Positions 14,497-23,451 of a stretch of DNA of 32,000 nucleotides are shown in pieces. The notes under the pieces were generated by a model. It did no database searches. It was not told the origin of the DNA and saw only the letters and a list, made by a program, of their open reading frames with translations. Within the stretch, counting starts at the first letter, position 1. The number at the start of each line of letters is the position of its first letter. The DNA is taken from the NCBI GenBank assembly GCA_041655135.1, contig JBBAFY010000006.1, positions 12,242-44,241 of the forward strand, written 5' to 3'. A program made the translations under genes and the position numbers. This DNA comes from Tissierellales bacterium (GTDB lineage Bacteria; Bacillota; Clostridia; Tissierellales; Proteiniboraceae).

Positions 14497-17481
14497 TTAA
14501 TGTATCTTAAATATAATAACTTCTTCTACATCAATAAATCCTTCGTCATTTCCATTATGCTGAAACCTTAGCTGTTGAGTTCCTGGCTCAATGTCAGGAT
14601 CTGTTGTAAAGTTAAGTTCATAAATATTCCAATCATGGCTAAGGCCTATGTTTCTTAAATCAGCCTGTGTTTTCTTTTCAGCATTACCATCATATACATA
14701 GAATCTAAAGGTGTCTTCCTTTACATTTCCTCTCGCTTTAAACACAACCTTATACTCAGTCTCTGGTTCTAATTTTAATCCAGATGTATATACTATTCCA
14801 TATTTGCTTTCATCGTTAGTTATTCTATTATAGGTATTATCAAACTCTTCTAATGTCTCGCACTTTATATTTCCACCCTCAGCGCTCCTAGTTGCTAATT
14901 TATCTATCCTGCCATCATTATTTATATCTAAGTCAAAGTAATATGCAAAGTCAAGGGAATAGTTTTCGCCTATAGCATATTCCATACTGCTAAGGTTTTC
15001 ATGATTGAATTGCATATATCCTATTTTATATAATAAGTCTTCATTATATTTTAAAGGTCTTAGGGCTGTAGAATTGATATCTATGATCTGTTGTTTTACA
15101 CCATAGCCCTTTTCTACGATTTCTTTAGCCCTGTCCATATCCCCTTGATCTATATAATGATAAAATGCAGTTAAATAAGCATCACTTTTTTGAACATACA
15201 TCTCAGTTCTCATGGGTTGAGTATCTACTGATCTCTCTATTAATTCAAGTGACTTATCTACCTGGCCTATGCTCATAAAAAATGAGCTTCCTATTGCATT
15301 TAGATTTGAGTTGTAACTTGCTAGATTTAGTCCTTTATCCACAGATTCAATTGCTTTATCTAGATAATCCCGGGTGCCGGTCACCTGATACATTGCTTTG
15401 TAAAACGACCCTACATCCATTTTGTATTCTGGCATAAATGGGTCTAGCTTTGATGCTTTTTCAAAATTTCTAAGTGCTTCAGTAATATCCTGTCTACTAT
15501 TGGCTTCTAAACCTTTTTCTTTATAGGATTCGCTCAGTATAAGTGAAGATGAGCCTATAATTACTAAAACTAATAAAACAGAAAATCCAATATTCATATA
15601 AGTGTACTTAGGCCTATGATTTTTGATTTTTGTTTTATTAGGTATTACATCCTTAGCAGACACTGCTACTGTACTAGCTGATAATAGACCGATAAACACC
15701 CATAATATATTTGTAAGAGAAACTAATGATAAATCAAAGTCCATGAATGCATGTCCAAGTATCCCCACTACTGCTATAAATATTGTTGAAATTAATAGCC
15801 TTTTATTCTCTGATTCTGTAGCTCTGTATGATTTCAAAAGTTTATAAACTAGAACTAGCATTGAAGCAACAAAGAGTCCTAATCCTACAATTCCTACTTC
15901 TATCCACATCTGTAAGAAGTAGTTGTGAGCTTGAGTAGTCGAATATGAGTATGATTGGTACATTTGATACAGTGTTACCCACCCACCACCACCAGCACCT
16001 AATATAGGATAGTCCTTTATTACTTTAAAGGCATCCTTATAAAAGGCTATTCTGGCTTGGGAACTATTTTCGCTTAAGCTAATATTTTGAAATCTGCTAT
16101 ATATATTCTCTGGTATATACTTATATCTTAATGGGACTTCCTTTATTAAATTACCTACTTGGTCATAAAGTATGGCCTCTTCATAGGTAATATCTGTGCC
16201 TACATAGAAGTTGTCAAAGTAAATCCTAAGACTTTCTGTATTATCTAGCGTAGAAAAGAAGATATTCAATTCTCCTTGCAGTTCGTCTATTTGAGTAGCG
16301 CTTAAGCTTGTTGCTTTTTCTTGATTATCCTCTAAGCCAACTGCATTTACCCTTACTCTTCCTATGTAGGACTTGTCCTCAATATTTGTTCCCCTATATT
16401 TAACCTTTAACTCATATTCATGGTTTGGAAGTATACCATCTATGCTTCTTGTAACAACAGTCCATTTATCTTTATCTGTATTATTACTTAACGTAAGTTC
16501 TGTAGTTGTATTGAGTGCAGCAAAGACTCCTGCCCCTAACAATACTAATATAGCGATTACAAAGGCAAAGAGTAACTTGATAGATATCTGCTGAAGCTTA
16601 TGAGATATTAATGATACTAAGTATGTAAGTAAAGCTGAAGCTACTATAAGTCCAAGGACTATCATCCATAGCACTGTACTAACTCCCTTTGCTAATATAG
16701 AAGTGAATATAAAAGCTAAAGGAATAGAAACTATCATACTAGTGGCTGTATAGACAATAAGCTCTAGTTTTCTTCTGTTGGGTATGATAAAAAATAATAA
16801 TATAAGTAATAAAGGCAAAATCAGCCACATACCTCTCGAATAAGTAAGTATAAAAGTAAAAAGCATTAAAGACGAGCATGCACCATATAATGCTTTAAGT
16901 TTCTTATTATCTGACATAATAGTTAAACCTAATATCAAAATGAATACTGCTGCTAAATATGAAGCCAATGTGTTAGGATATTGAAAGGTTGAGCTTATTC
17001 TGTTACCCATAACTGCTCCATTATATTCCCAGGTTCCAATAGCAGAGCCTATACCTACAAAAGCTATGCCTACAGCGCTCAGAACTATAGTATTGAGCAA
17101 ATACTTCTGGTGTTTTTCTTCTCCTATTAAGTCCCTAGCTAGTATATATAGTGCAAAATAATTGCCATATTTTAATGCCTCTATAATCGCAAGTCGTGTA
17201 TTTACACCGTATGCGATAGAGATAAAATACATTAGCATCAGACCTAGAACCAAAATATCTATACTAGATTTAATAAGTTTATAGTCTTTATCCCTATACT
17301 TATATATGATCCAAACCAAGGCTAATGAAAAGGAAAATATCTGGGCTGGTAATAGCTCTCCTTCAAAAAACAATCCTCTAAAATATGGACCTATGAAAAG
17401 TAACATACACAGTCCCCAAAATATAATATATTCAATTGCAGAATCTTTCCCCTTATTTATAGACGCAGATTTTGCTGCCAT
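14497..17481 (-). CDS. O-antigen ligase/polymerase-like (Wzy_C) polytopic membrane protein with an internal jelly-roll-like domain, TPR-like repeats and a C-terminal carbohydrate-binding-like domain
   Basis: About 10 or more TM helices. The Wzy_C-type motif is QAHNYFLQMWIEVGIVGLGLF. TPR-like helices follow (ALRNFEKASKLDP..., LDKAIESVDKGL...). There are two similar beta-rich segments (EYELKVKYRGTN... and EYKVVFKARGNV...). I chose the start at ATG 17481 because GGAGG sits 7 nt upstream; the track start at 17520 overlaps the wzz-like gene. Confidence 0.75.
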   Translation of the reverse strand: MAAKSASINKGKDSAIEYIIFWGLCMLLFIGPYFRGLFFEGELLPAQIFSFSLALVWIIYKYRDKDYKLIKSSIDILVLGLMLMYFISIAYGVNTRLAIIEALKYGNYFALYILARDLIGEEKHQKYLLNTIVLSAVGIAFVGIGSAIGTWEYNGAVMGNRISSTFQYPNTLASYLAAVFILILGLTIMSDNKKLKALYGACSSLMLFTFILTYSRGMWLILPLLLILLFFIIPNRRKLELIVYTATSMIVSIPLAFIFTSILAKGVSTVLWMIVLGLIVASALLTYLVSLISHKLQQISIKLLFAFVIAILVLLGAGVFAALNTTTELTLSNNTDKDKWTVVTRSIDGILPNHEYELKVKYRGTNIEDKSYIGRVRVNAVGLEDNQEKATSLSATQIDELQGELNIFFSTLDNTESLRIYFDNFYVGTDITYEEAILYDQVGNLIKEVPLRYKYIPENIYSRFQNISLSENSSQARIAFYKDAFKVIKDYPILGAGGGGWVTLYQMYQSYSYSTTQAHNYFLQMWIEVGIVGLGLFVASMLVLVYKLLKSYRATESENKRLLISTIFIAVVGILGHAFMDFDLSLVSLTNILWVFIGLLSASTVAVSAKDVIPNKTKIKNHRPKYTYMNIGFSVLLVLVIIGSSSLILSESYKEKGLEANSRQDITEALRNFEKASKLDPFMPEYKMDVGSFYKAMYQVTGTRDYLDKAIESVDKGLNLASYNSNLNAIGSSFFMSIGQVDKSLELIERSVDTQPMRTEMYVQKSDAYLTAFYHYIDQGDMDRAKEIVEKGYGVKQQIIDINSTALRPLKYNEDLLYKIGYMQFNHENLSSMEYAIGENYSLDFAYYFDLDINNDGRIDKLATRSAEGGNIKCETLEEFDNTYNRITNDESKYGIVYTSGLKLEPETEYKVVFKARGNVKEDTFRFYVYDGNAEKKTQADLRNIGLSHDWNIYELNFTTDPDIEPGTQQLRFQHNGNDEGFIDVEEVIIFKIH

Positions 17482-17492
17482 TAAGCTACCTC

Positions 17493-18803
17493 CTATGATT
17501 GAACTGCCGATTTTTCCCAATATTCTCTAAAGAACACAATAAATATTCCCGCCATCAAACCTAATACTCCAGCAATAGCTACATTGAGCATTTTCCTTGG
17601 AGCTACTGGTTTAATCGGTACTATGGCTTGAGATATTATGTTAATAGTAGACTCTCCCATTTCTGTGGTTTCTGCTACTCTAGTCTCTTCGTATTTCTTC
17701 AGAAAAGAATCATAGGTTGCCTGTGCTATATCTACATTTCTTTGTACTAAATTAAGCTGGTACTTCTTTTCTGCAAGTTCTGATTGGATGAGCTCTATTT
17801 CTTCCTGAGTTTCATCTATCTTATTTTTCATCATTTCTAGCTCTTTTGTTGCTTCTGATATTGTCATCTTATAATCTGCAACTCTTGCTGAAAGCTCTAA
17901 ATAGTTAGTGTTTATCTCTTCATTTTGCATTGTAATGCCAGCCGTTTCAGTAGCTGGAATATTGTTATTTTCTGATATTATGGTTGCTAGTATCTGGTCT
18001 TCAGATACGGATTTGTTTGTAACAAGTATCTGAGGAGTATTATTTAGCTCATCTTGTGCTGTTGCTAGCCCTGCATTTAGTTTGCTTAACGCAACTTCAT
18101 TTTCTACTATCTCGACCTTATATTTGCTTAGTAGATTTAGTTTTGCATCCTGCTCACTTGATAACTCTATTACTCCTCTTGGCTGAGCCATTAACTTCTT
18201 AAGCTCTAAAGAGGCCTCATCCAGCTTTTGCTTCTCTAAATCAATCTGAGTTTTAAGAAATTTAGATGATTTAGAGGCCTGATCTTTTGTTATATCTGTA
18301 ACGAATTCAGTAAACCTACTAGCTACTGCATTAGCTATATCTGATGCCAATATTGGATCACTATTGGCCACCTTTATTTCGATTAAATTTGTGTCTTTTA
18401 TAGATTCGAGACTTATCATATCTCTTAGTCTTGACCTTGATATTCCCTTTTCAGTAAGGTTTAACTCATCTATTACTTGTTGTAATACCTTTGGAGTCTT
18501 GATCTGCTCTTTATATGTCTGTATAGTCAGTACCGGATATGTGGATATAGTACTGAGAATTGCCTCTACACTATCTCCACTTCTATTTACATTAGTTAGC
18601 TTGTCAGTTGCTAAGGATGCCATAAGCACTGATTTTGCTTCATATGTAGGTTCTATTATATAAAAGCTATATACACCAGCTACTAAAACACATATAGCTG
18701 TTATGATAGCAATTAACTTCCAGCCTTTTAGTAAAGCCTCTATAAGCTCTCTCAAGGATATTTCGTCGTAGTCATTCTGTTGTATTATCTCTTGTTGCTG
18801 CAT
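17493..18803 (-). CDS. Wzz/chain-length-determinant (polysaccharide co-polymerase) family protein
   Basis: The N-terminal motif and TM segment are ISLRELIEALLKGWKLIAIITAICVLVAGVY...EPTYEA. A long coiled-coil extracytoplasmic region follows. The C-terminal TM segment is MLNVAIAGVLGLMAGIFIVFF. No adjacent tyrosine-kinase partner is present. Confidence 0.8.
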   Translation of the reverse strand: MQQQEIIQQNDYDEISLRELIEALLKGWKLIAIITAICVLVAGVYSFYIIEPTYEAKSVLMASLATDKLTNVNRSGDSVEAILSTISTYPVLTIQTYKEQIKTPKVLQQVIDELNLTEKGISRSRLRDMISLESIKDTNLIEIKVANSDPILASDIANAVASRFTEFVTDITKDQASKSSKFLKTQIDLEKQKLDEASLELKKLMAQPRGVIELSSEQDAKLNLLSKYKVEIVENEVALSKLNAGLATAQDELNNTPQILVTNKSVSEDQILATIISENNNIPATETAGITMQNEEINTNYLELSARVADYKMTISEATKELEMMKNKIDETQEEIELIQSELAEKKYQLNLVQRNVDIAQATYDSFLKKYEETRVAETTEMGESTINIISQAIVPIKPVAPRKMLNVAIAGVLGLMAGIFIVFFREYWEKSAVQS

Positions 18804-18855
18804 CTTTTGCCAACTCCCTCTTTTCTATTTGAGTTATAGAATACTCACATTCTTT

Positions 18856-18906
18856 ATTATAGCATAATTTTAAGTTTTTTTATATTCTTATGTCATATTT
18901 TTTCAA
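18856..18906 (-). promoter_or_regulatory. Promoter region of the polysaccharide operon (two overlapping candidates)
   Basis: On the minus strand, TTGAAA (18901-18906) - 16 nt - TATAAA (18879-18884). An extended -10, TGcTATAAT, lies at 18856-18864. Confidence 0.35.
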
Positions 18907-18926
18907 GTATATTTGTGAGAATTTAC

Positions 18927-18956
18927 ACAAAAAAGACTTCACCACATGAAATCTTT
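18927..18956 (-). terminator. Rho-independent terminator closing the mini-ORF unit
   Basis: The minus strand reads aaagatttca-tgtgg-tgaagtcttt followed by tttgtg. The stem is 10 bp with one G-U pair. Confidence 0.55.
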
Positions 18957-18996
18957 CATATAACAGAACTCTTTCAATCATTTCATAATTCAATTT

Positions 18997-19224
18997 TCAT
19001 AACACCCAATATGTAACTTGAACAAACTCATTTCTATTATCTGCCCATATTAAATACTTATTATCTAACGCTTCTGCAAATAATTCTGTTAATTCCTGGT
19101 TATCAATGTTATAACAAACGGCAGGATATGAATTTACCGTTACTGTATGTTTAAGATCATTTGCTCTCCCCAGCTAATAATAAAGCATCAACTGTTCAAA
19201 CCATTCTTCTTTTGTTTTAGGCAT
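18997..19224 (-). pseudogene. 75-codon reading frame interrupted by one in-frame TAG (hypothetical)
   Basis: Hand translation gives MPKTKEEWFEQLMLYY*LGRANDLKHTVTVNSYPAVCYNIDNQELTELFAEALDNKYLIWADNRNEFVQVTYWVL*. The frame is preserved across the stop at 19174-19176. Confidence 0.35.
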
Positions 19225-19255
19225 ATAATGATTTTTTTAAATTTCCTGATAACCA

Positions 19256-19480
19256 TTAAGAGTAATTGCATTTTTTCATCCCACCATATTTTGATTGTTT
19301 AAATGCAAAACCAGATAATAAGTTTAATAGTATATCACTTTTATCATATTCTTTAAAAGCTCTAACTACGTAAAAAGTTCCACAATTTGAGCAATCATAA
19401 CAGAAATACTTATCAATTGGATTAATTGATTCAACTTCTGCTTTATAGGCACATAGAATGAAGCTTGTTTTCTTCTTCAT
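19256..19480 (-). CDS. Small Cys-rich hypothetical protein (74 aa)
   Basis: ORF with an AAGAGGTG RBS upstream of ATG 19480. It contains a CxxCxxC cluster (FCYDCSNCG). No family was recognised. Confidence 0.4.
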   Translation of the reverse strand: MKKKTSFILCAYKAEVESINPIDKYFCYDCSNCGTFYVVRAFKEYDKSDILLNLLSGFAFKQSKYGGMKKCNYS

Positions 19481-19491
19481 TTTTACACCTC

Positions 19492-19641
19492 TTATTCATC
19501 TTTCCCCATGCAGCATTTCTTGTATTTCATGCCGCTCCCACAAGGACATGGATCACTTCTGCCGATTTTTATTGGTGTCTTAGTAGGCTTGTATGGAATG
19601 ATTAGCGTATGACCCTGATTCATCAAATGAATCGCTCTCAT
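19492..19641 (-). CDS. 49-aa mini-protein ending in a SEC-C zinc-binding motif
   Basis: Hand translation gives [49 protein letters not shown]. [18 protein letters not shown] is the classic SEC-C motif found at the SecA C-terminus. An in-frame TGA lies 7 codons upstream of the ATG, so this is either an intact mini-gene or a remnant. It is below the ORF-track cutoff. Confidence 0.5.
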   Translation of the reverse strand: MRAIHLMNQGHTLIIPYKPTKTPIKIGRSDPCPCGSGMKYKKCCMGKDE

Positions 19642-19708
19642 GATTTCAAGTTCATTTCTTCATGCCAGTATATTTTCAGGAAAGACCTTTGTTGAATGAA
19701 GGATTATA

Positions 19709-19737
19709 ATTATACTATGTAATACTACTTTTTTCAA
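19709..19737 (-). promoter_or_regulatory. Near-consensus sigma-A promoter for the mini-ORF unit
   Basis: On the minus strand, TTGAAA (19732-19737) - 17 nt - TATAAT (19709-19714). Confidence 0.55.
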
Positions 19738-19754
19738 CAACATTTATAGTAATT

Positions 19755-19813
19755 AAGGTAGGGGGACACACCCCTTGCAAGACGGTCTATCTATTAGTGG
19801 AATGTCCCCAAAC
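19755..19813. repeat. 58-nt element, copy A (partner at 21041-21099)
   Basis: aaggtagggggacacaccccttgcaagacggtctatctattagtggaatgtccccaaac aligns with aaggtatggggacacaccccttgcaagagggtctatctccctggggaatatccccgaac at about 85 percent identity. Both contain the GGGG-ACACA-CCCC mini-hairpin. Confidence 0.8.
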
Positions 19814-19839
19814 ATCCTTTGTTTTGCTTAGGATGACAT
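19813..19839. repeat. Repeat family B (GCTCAGGATGACA type), diverged copy
   Basis: catcctttgttttgcttaggatgacat compares with the approximate consensus gatccttcgctwcgctcaggatgaca. Confidence 0.55.
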
Positions 19840-19870
19840 AAAAAAATAGACCCTGGGCTTGCGCTCAGGG
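19839..19870 (-). terminator. Rho-independent terminator after the rod operon
   Basis: The minus strand reads ccctgagc-gcaa-gcccaggg followed by tctattttttt, 7 nt after the stop at 19877. Confidence 0.65.
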
Positions 19871-19876
19871 TGTCAA

Positions 19877-20206
19877 TTACAGATTTTTTTTCATTTGGTT
19901 GTATAGCAACTGTGCTATGCCTAGGCTGTTTCTACCTTTACTCATGGTTGTTGCCAGTTCTTGGTCGTACATGTCTTCGAATATTTCTGTGGCTGTGGTT
20001 TTTTCTATTAGTCCACTTTCTGGGATTGTTGATCGCATTGATTTTAGGAGGATATTTGTAAATATAGCCTCAAAGTCTTGACATGCTTTTAATAGCTCTT
20101 TATCATCTTTTTTAATATTTGCATTTTCTGCTATTTGCTTTAGCTTGCTTTCGCTGTATTGATTTGTGTTTATTAACATATTTGCACTTGTATCTATTAT
20201 AGACAT
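19877..20206 (-). CDS. Rod-binding protein (FlgJ N-terminal-like, no muramidase domain)
   Basis: ACQDFEAIFTNILLKSMRST...EIFEDMYDQELATTMSK...GIAQLLYNQM matches the flagellar Rod_binding domain pattern. It lies immediately downstream of the rod genes. Confidence 0.75.
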   Translation of the reverse strand: MSIIDTSANMLINTNQYSESKLKQIAENANIKKDDKELLKACQDFEAIFTNILLKSMRSTIPESGLIEKTTATEIFEDMYDQELATTMSKGRNSLGIAQLLYNQMKKNL

Positions 20207-20220
20207 AGTATCACCTTATT

Positions 20221-21018
20221 CTATCTTTTTAGATTATTTGCCATTTGAAGCATTTCGTCTGATACTTGGATTGTTTTTGAGCTTATTTCATAGGCTCTTT
20301 GTGCTGTTATCATCTTTACCATTTCTTCTACTACTTGAACATTTGAAGCTTCTAGATAGCCTTGTACTATTTTGCTATCCATTTCCTCTGCTTCTAATAA
20401 TAATTCTTCTCCTGATGAAACTGTTGTACTGTATAGGTTTTGGCCTTCGCTTAGTAGTCCTGCTGGGTTCATAAAGTTAACTATTTTAAGTCTTCCTATG
20501 TCAATGATTTCACCGTCTTCATCTGTTGCTGTTATGTATCCCATATTATCTACAGTTAAGTCTCTCATGCCGTTTTCTATTAATATTACATCGTCATCTT
20601 CGCTTAGTACCATATATCCCTCTGAGGTTACTAGCATGGCCTCTTCACCGTCTATGCTAAGTTTAAAGCTTCCATCTCTTGTGTATCTCACTTGGTCATT
20701 AGGTAGTACTACTGAGAAAAAGCCTTCCCCATCTATGGCAAAGTCAAAGTCATTTTGTGTTTCTGTTAGGCTTCCATTTCTAAAGTCCCTGGTTGAAGCA
20801 GTAGGCATGACTCCATGACCTACTTCTAGGTTAACTGGTGAACCTAGGTCGTCTCTTAAGTTTGTTCTTTTTATTGTTGCATATAGTAAATCTTTGAATT
20901 CTGCTCTTTGAGTTTTATAGCCGTTTGTGTTTACGTTGGCTAAGTTGTTTGAGATTGTATCCATGTTAAGTTGTTGGGATTTCATGCCTGTTGCTGCAGT
21001 GTGTAATGAACGAATCAT
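20221..21018 (-). CDS. flgG: Flagellar basal-body rod protein FlgG (FlhP-like)
   Basis: The N-terminus is MIRSLHTAATGMKSQQLNMDTISNNLANVNTNGYK. The C-terminus is GYLEASNVQVVEEMVKMITAQRAYEISSK. Both are canonical flg_bb_rod and flg_bbr_C motifs. Confidence 0.9.
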   Translation of the reverse strand: MIRSLHTAATGMKSQQLNMDTISNNLANVNTNGYKTQRAEFKDLLYATIKRTNLRDDLGSPVNLEVGHGVMPTASTRDFRNGSLTETQNDFDFAIDGEGFFSVVLPNDQVRYTRDGSFKLSIDGEEAMLVTSEGYMVLSEDDDVILIENGMRDLTVDNMGYITATDEDGEIIDIGRLKIVNFMNPAGLLSEGQNLYSTTVSSGEELLLEAEEMDSKIVQGYLEASNVQVVEEMVKMITAQRAYEISSKTIQVSDEMLQMANNLKR

Positions 21019-21040
21019 ATTTTAACTCCTTTCTACTCTA

Positions 21041-21099
21041 AAGGTATGGGGACACACCCCTTGCAAGAGGGTCTATCTCCCTGGGGAATATCCCCGAAC
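21041..21099. repeat. 58-nt element, copy B, inside the flhO-flhP intergenic spacer
   Basis: See the copy at 19755-19813. It carries the hairpins GGGGA-ATA-TCCCC and GGGG-ACACA-CCCC. Confidence 0.8.
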
Positions 21100-21105
21100 T
21101 CTATT

Positions 21106-22179
21106 TTACATTCTTCCTAGTTCGTTTACTACTTTGTCTAGTAGTTGGTCTTGGGCTTGGATTATTTTTTGGCTGGATTCGTAGCTTCTTTGGGCTGTTA
21201 TCAGGTTTACCATTTCTTTTATTGTGTTTACGTTTGAGCTTTCCAAGTAGCCATGTAGTAGATGTCCTGTAAAGATGCTTTCCTCTGGCTCTATGTTTTC
21301 TAATATAGTGTAAAGGTTATTGCCTTGTTTTCTTAGATATTCTTTGTTGCCAATATTCACTATATCTAGAGTGTTTTCGACTTGTCCTTCTACTATTATA
21401 TCACCAGTTTCACTAACTGCGAAACTACTTTGCCCTAGTACTATGGGACCATTTTGTCCTAATACCTGATATCCTTCTTTGGTTAATAGTTGTCCATTTT
21501 CATCTGTTGTAAAGGAACCATCTCTGGTGTAGGCTAGACCATTTGCTGTCTGGATTTTGAAAAAGCCATCTCCCTGTATTGCAAAGTCATACTTGCCTCC
21601 TGTATCTGTTGTGATGCCTGATGTATAGTCTATGGCTATTTTATCAAATCTAACTCCGCCACTTGTAGTGCCTATTACATTTAGTGGCGGAAATGTGATT
21701 AGATTGTCTATTATTTGTCCGCCTGACATGACATTGCCTCTGTTGTCTATTTCTATATTTCTATCTTCTACTCTTATGGGCCCATTGTTGCCTAAAACAT
21801 AGTTTTCTCCGTCTGTTTTAAGCTCATTGTCTATATTCCTGTAGTATGTTTTTAGGTATCCATTTTCATCTACTATAAATCTTAGACTTCTACTGTTGCT
21901 GATACCTGCAGGAGTACTTACCTTAAAGTATCCTGAGTTTATGTTTAATGTGAACACTTCACCGTTTCTTTCTACATTTACTCCTGTAAATGGCTTATGA
22001 TTGTCCATATCAAATCTATCGTTAATCTTGCTTAAGAGCACCTCTGGGAAGGATTCGGTTATGGCTATATCCTTTTTAAAGCCACTTGTATTTATGTTAG
22101 CTATATTGTTTGATATTACATCTATGTTTTTTTGATTTGCTATTAGGGCAGATGCTGCTATATACATGGAGTTATTCAT
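21106..22179 (-). CDS. Flagellar basal-body rod protein (FlgF/FlhO-like), with an enlarged central region
   Basis: The N-terminus is MYIAASALIANQKNIDVISNNIANINTSGFKK. The C-terminus is GYLESSNVNTIKEMVNLITAQRSYESSQK. Confidence 0.85.
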   Translation of the reverse strand: MNNSMYIAASALIANQKNIDVISNNIANINTSGFKKDIAITESFPEVLLSKINDRFDMDNHKPFTGVNVERNGEVFTLNINSGYFKVSTPAGISNSRSLRFIVDENGYLKTYYRNIDNELKTDGENYVLGNNGPIRVEDRNIEIDNRGNVMSGGQIIDNLITFPPLNVIGTTSGGVRFDKIAIDYTSGITTDTGGKYDFAIQGDGFFKIQTANGLAYTRDGSFTTDENGQLLTKEGYQVLGQNGPIVLGQSSFAVSETGDIIVEGQVENTLDIVNIGNKEYLRKQGNNLYTILENIEPEESIFTGHLLHGYLESSNVNTIKEMVNLITAQRSYESSQKIIQAQDQLLDKVVNELGRM

Positions 22180-22190
22180 CTAATCATCTC

Positions 22191-23225
22191 CTAATCATAA
22201 TTTCTTTTTCTTTGATCATCGGTCAGTACGCTATTTTCTAGGACATCTATCCATTCTAGTGCTTTTCCTGTGCCTGCTGCTACACATGATACTGGGTCTT
22301 CTGCCATATGTACTGGTATGCCTGTTCTTTTACTGATTAGTTTATCCATTCCCCAAAGTAGGGATCCTCCACCTGTCATTACTAGTCCATTGTTTCCTAC
22401 GTCTGCTGCTAATTCTGGTGGTGTTTTTTCTAGAACTGAATGAACAGTGTCTGCTATTGCTGTTACTGTTTCTTCTAATGCTTCTAGCATCTCATCTGAT
22501 GTGACCAATATAGTTTTGGGCAATCCTGTAACTAGGTTTCTACCCCTTATTTCCATAGATACTTCTTTGCTTCTTGGGTAGGCAGTTCCTACGTTTATCT
22601 TTAGGTCCTCTGCACTTCTTTCCCCTACCATTACATTGTGCTTCTTTCTTATGTATCTGACTATGGCTTCGTCAAATTTATCTCCAGCTACCTTTATGGA
22701 TTTGCTGACTACTATTCCACCAAGGGAAATTAATGCCACGTCTGTAGTTCCTCCGCCAATATCTACTATCATATGTCCTGTTGGCTCTGTTATATCAAGT
22801 CCTGCTCCTATGGCTGCTGCTATAGGCTCTTCTATTAAATAGGTTTTTCTTGCTCCTGCTTGATTGCTCGCCTCTAGTACTGCTCTTTTTTCTACTTCTG
22901 TGACTCCACTTGGCACACATACTATAATTCTAGGCTTGAAGAGCATTCTTCCAGCGGCTTTTTCTATAAAATATTTAAGCATACGCTCTGTAACTTCATA
23001 GTCTGATATTACACCATCTCTAAGCGGTCTAATGGCTACTATATTTCCAGGAGTCCTACCAAGCATTCTCCTTGCTTCTTCTCCTACGGCTAATAGCTTA
23101 TTTGTGTTTTTATCTATGGCTACTACTGATGGTTCTTGAAGCACTATTCCTTTTCCTTTTACGAATACTAGTATACTTGCTGTCCCCAAGTCTATCCCCA
23201 TGTCAGATCTAAGTGAAAAACCCAT
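22191..23225 (-). CDS. mbl: Rod-shape-determining actin homologue MreB/Mbl
   Basis: Motifs [32 protein letters not shown] and [10 protein letters not shown]. Its position between spoIIID and the rod genes matches B. subtilis mbl. I prefer the start at ATG 23225 (MGFSLRS) over the track GTG at 23237. Confidence 0.9.
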   Translation of the reverse strand: MGFSLRSDMGIDLGTASILVFVKGKGIVLQEPSVVAIDKNTNKLLAVGEEARRMLGRTPGNIVAIRPLRDGVISDYEVTERMLKYFIEKAAGRMLFKPRIIVCVPSGVTEVEKRAVLEASNQAGARKTYLIEEPIAAAIGAGLDITEPTGHMIVDIGGGTTDVALISLGGIVVSKSIKVAGDKFDEAIVRYIRKKHNVMVGERSAEDLKINVGTAYPRSKEVSMEIRGRNLVTGLPKTILVTSDEMLEALEETVTAIADTVHSVLEKTPPELAADVGNNGLVMTGGGSLLWGMDKLISKRTGIPVHMAEDPVSCVAAGTGKALEWIDVLENSVLTDDQRKRNYD

Positions 23226-23258
23226 TTTATATAACACCCTTTCCCTTTATAATCAAAT

Positions 23259-23289
23259 ACGAGATCCTTCGCTACGCTCAGGATGACAT
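23259..23289. repeat. Repeat family B copy
   Basis: acgagatccttcgctacgctcaggatgacat. Confidence 0.75.
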
Positions 23290-23373
23290 TGTTTAATTGT
23301 CTTTATAAGCACAGCTATCCTAATAGAGTTTATTTCTAGATGTTTTCCAAAATTCCTCTTTTTTTGTTTAAAT

Positions 23374-23409
23374 AAAACAAAAAATATTACTTCCAATTGG
23401 AAATAATAT
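23374..23409 (-). terminator. Rho-independent terminator of spoIIID
   Basis: The minus strand reads atattatttcca-at-tggaagtaatat (one mismatch) followed by tttttgtttt. Confidence 0.6.
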
Positions 23410-23451
23410 TTTCTGTCTGATTATTATATATAAAATAGCATATAATCATCA

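Noticed and set aside
19174-19176. The in-frame TAG in the 18997-19224 frame as programmed read-through or pyrrolysine
   Set aside because: There is no pyl gene context or PYLIS-like evidence in the window, and the ORF is tiny and unconserved by eye. A simple nonsense mutation in a decaying gene is the more economical reading.
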